From positions 9,022-73,021 of the forward strand of contig CADAGD010000018.1 in NCBI GenBank assembly GCA_902787375.1: a stretch of DNA of 64,000 bases. Direction: 5' to 3'. Position numbers and translations under genes: made by a program. Every line of letters starts with the position of its first letter. Within the stretch, counting starts at the first letter, position 1. The stretch comes from an uncultured Eubacteriales bacterium. GTDB lineage: Bacteria > Bacillota > Clostridia > Christensenellales > CAG-138. Shown here one piece after another: positions 62,020 through 64,000 of the stretch. The notes below the pieces were generated by a model. It was not told where the DNA came from. It saw only the letters and a list, made by a program, of their open reading frames with translations, and made no database searches.

Positions 62020-64000
62020 TCAGTCGAGCGAGGAAATGAGCTTTTTCACCCACTCGCCAAATGCCGCTTCGTCCGACGGATCGCCGCCCTTGGCGGAGTA
62101 GATGGTGGAAAGCCCGCTCAGCGTATTTTGGGCATCTTTTTCTAATCCACATTTTTTACGAATGCTGTATGCCCTTGCCAGATTTGCCGCGGCGTCGTCA
62201 TAAGGCTTTCCCAGTTTATAATATAACGCGCCCATATTGTTGTAGATTCGGGCAGTTTCAGGGTGTTCCATGCCAAGCACCTTTTTATTTATCGCTAACG
62301 CACTTTCACAGTAGGAAAGTGCCAAGTCCGGTCTATCATCCTCGTCAAAACATCTCGCCATATTGTTGTAGATTCGAGCAAATTCAGGGTGTTCCTTATC
62401 AAGCACATTTTTATATATTGCCAACGCCTTTTTACAGTAAAAACGTGCCACTTCCGGATTATCCTTGAAATAACATACCGCCATATTGCCATATATTTTG
62501 GCAATTTCAGGGTGTTTCTTGCCAAGCACCTCTTTATATATCGCCAATGCCTTTTTAAAGTAAAAAAGTGCCAAGTCTGGATTATCCTCGGCATAACACG
62601 CCGCTATATTGTTATAGACTTTTGCAGTATCAATATTCTTTTTGCCAAGCATCCTCTCATCTATCTGCAACGCTTTTTCATAATGCTCAATTGCAATTGT
62701 GTATTCGCCCTTGGCGTAATACACTGCCGCTATATTATTGTAAGCGATCGCAAGATCAGTTGAATCAGTTTTGTATATTTCGATGCACCTGTCATCGAGC
62801 CACAGAGCATTCTCATACGAACCCTGTTCTTTTGAAAGCAGCCCCGCTTTGAGCGCGATATCTCCGAGAAGCTTTTTCTTTTCCTTTTCTTCAAAGGCTT
62901 TAAGCAGGGCAAGGGTCTGCGCCTGCGCGGGCTGCGGTTTATAGCGAAGCTTAACATCATTCCAAGCCGTATCAAACTCTTTCTTCAAAACTTTAGCTAT
63001 GCTTTCGATATCCTCGAAAGTGGGTTCGAGCTTCCTCCTCAGCACCTCGGAAACGACATTGTGCATGGTATACTCAAGTCCCTTTTCGCGCAGCCAGCCG
63101 AGCTTGGCAAGCTCGTTCAGTCCGTTATTGTCCTCCTCGCAGCACCATTTGACAAGCGCGTCGGAGGGGATTTGGGTAACATCGAGTACGCAGAGCTTCT
63201 TCAAAAGCGGTATCAGCTCCGGATGCTCCTCGGAAATTCCCGTTATATCAAAGAGCATTTCAAGATGCTCTATGAATTTACGGTCTTCCGCGCTGTTATT
63301 TGCGCTTATCTTCGTGTTGATGCCTTCGAGCGAGAAGCCCTTCTCACGCATCACGGAAAGTATTTGGGAGGGCTTTTTGCCCGAAAAACGGCAGGTCTTG
63401 GCAAGCAGCTCAAGCGTCAGCGTATGGTTGCCGGAAAGCTCGACTATCTGCTCCACCGTTTGCTTCTCCTCCTCGGAATAAGCACGGCGTTCTCCCCCGT
63501 CGTTCGGTGCAATATGGTACCTTCTGAACATCTCGACCGCTTCCTTATCATCAAGGGGCTTAAGCTCAAAGCTCTTTAAGCCGCTGCTGAAGCCGCGATT
63601 GATCTCCAACCTCGACGTGACGAGTATCGAAGCTTGGGCATTGCCGAATCTGTTTATAATGTATTTCGCGTCATCTCCATTTTGAACATTATCAAATATT
63701 ATAAGACTACCATTGTCAAGCTCATTGAGTTCTTTAACGGCTGCGGCTGTTCTCTCGCTCTCGTCCTTGCCGCCCTCGGCACATTTGGCAAGCGCGGAAG
63801 CCGGCGAATCCGAACAGTCAATAAGATATGCCCTCCTGTTGAAGCCTCCCTGCGCAAGCTTCCTTGCAAACTCCGTCTTTCCGAATCCGCCCCATGTGTG
63901 TATCAGCACACGGTTGCCCCCATTCAGCATCCCAAGGACATCTTCCAGATCGGCTTCGTGACCGCAGTACTCGTCCACCGCGTCCCCCGCAGCGGGGAGA
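62020..64000 (-). CDS. NB-ARC-like STAND NTPase fused to TPR repeats (5'-partial, runs off the window)
   Basis: Motifs are Walker A WGGFGKTEFARKLA, Walker B LIIFDNV, RNBS-B-like ILVTSR, ELKPLDDKEAVEMF and GNHTLTLELLA. At least four 41-42-aa TPR units follow. The reading frame stays open upstream of the GTG at 63978 to the window edge. Confidence 0.8.
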   Translation of the reverse strand, partial: LPAAGDAVDEYCGHEADLEDVLGMLNGGNRVLIHTWGGFGKTEFARKLAQGGFNRRAYLIDCSDSPASALAKCAEGGKDESERTAAAVKELNELDNGSLIIFDNVQNGDDAKYIINRFGNAQASILVTSRLEINRGFSSGLKSFELKPLDDKEAVEMFRRYHIAPNDGGERRAYSEEEKQTVEQIVELSGNHTLTLELLAKTCRFSGKKPSQILSVMREKGFSLEGINTKISANNSAEDRKFIEHLEMLFDITGISEEHPELIPLLKKLCVLDVTQIPSDALVKWCCEEDNNGLNELAKLGWLREKGLEYTMHNVVSEVLRRKLEPTFEDIESIAKVLKKEFDTAWNDVKLRYKPQPAQAQTLALLKAFEEKEKKKLLGDIALKAGLLSKEQGSYENALWLDDRCIEIYKTDSTDLAIAYNNIAAVYYAKGEYTIAIEHYEKALQIDERMLGKKNIDTAKVYNNIAACYAEDNPDLALFYFKKALAIYKEVLGKKHPEIAKIYGNMAVCYFKDNPEVARFYCKKALAIYKNVLDKEHPEFARIYNNMARCFDEDDRPDLALSYCESALAINKKVLGMEHPETARIYNNMGALYYKLGKPYDDAAANLARAYSIRKKCGLEKDAQNTLSGLSTIYSAKGGDPSDEAAFGEWVKKLISSLD

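Noticed and set aside
62230-62730. 123-126-nt tandem DNA repeats
   Set aside because: They are the coding repeats of consecutive TPR units of the STAND protein, not a CRISPR array or satellite.

Overview
By gene content this 64-kb chromosomal window comes from a spore-forming, butyrate-type Clostridia, probably Oscillospiraceae/Ruminococcaceae-like (yunB, SpoIID/LytB, bcd-etfBA, cohesin/dockerin modules). That assignment is inferred, not searched. I can support about 46 protein genes and 6 tRNAs: a tight Val-Asp-Phe-Gly cluster plus Cys on the minus strand, and Arg on the plus strand. Ordinary blocks are yycJ-CPBP-rlmH, ABC/MATE exporters, three tandem M42 aminopeptidases, bcd-etfBA, tcdA, assorted regulators (TetR, PadR, LysR, MerR, XRE, ECF sigma) and a pgsB-pgsC-pgsA-ggt poly-gamma-glutamate operon. 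The hunt turned up nine main items. (1) A visibly A/T-richer gene (21587-25198) encodes a mosaic secreted protein: CHAP amidase, a canonical QPD/WND C-type lectin domain and alternating cohesin-dockerin-cohesin-dockerin. (2) It lies 12 kb from a 2,226-aa dockerin-bearing S8 protease (2503-9183). Together they suggest a non-cellulolytic, cohesin/dockerin-assembled lytic/proteolytic surface complex. (3) The same modular non-coding architecture follows two unrelated tRNA genes: terminator, heptamer tract, exact inverted copy of the terminator arm, inverted heptamer tract, then a small ORF. (4) Inverted copies of a two-hairpin element with perfect 10-nt outer termini bracket a PadR-DUF2812 module. 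(5) A bidirectional promoter module is duplicated 900 bp apart, and one copy is orphan. (6) An 18-nt-phased GTGATG / CATCAC convergent motif array with mini-hairpins lies upstream of a MerR gene. (7) An ABC exporter gene is disrupted between the Walker B and H-loop regions. (8) A 5'-truncated NB-ARC/TPR STAND NTPase sits next to a small XRE gene at the window edge. (9) A strong promoter with a roughly 560-nt leader precedes the mosaic gene. No CRISPR array, rRNA, integrase or transposase was seen. All domain calls come from reading motifs in the supplied translations, not from database searches.
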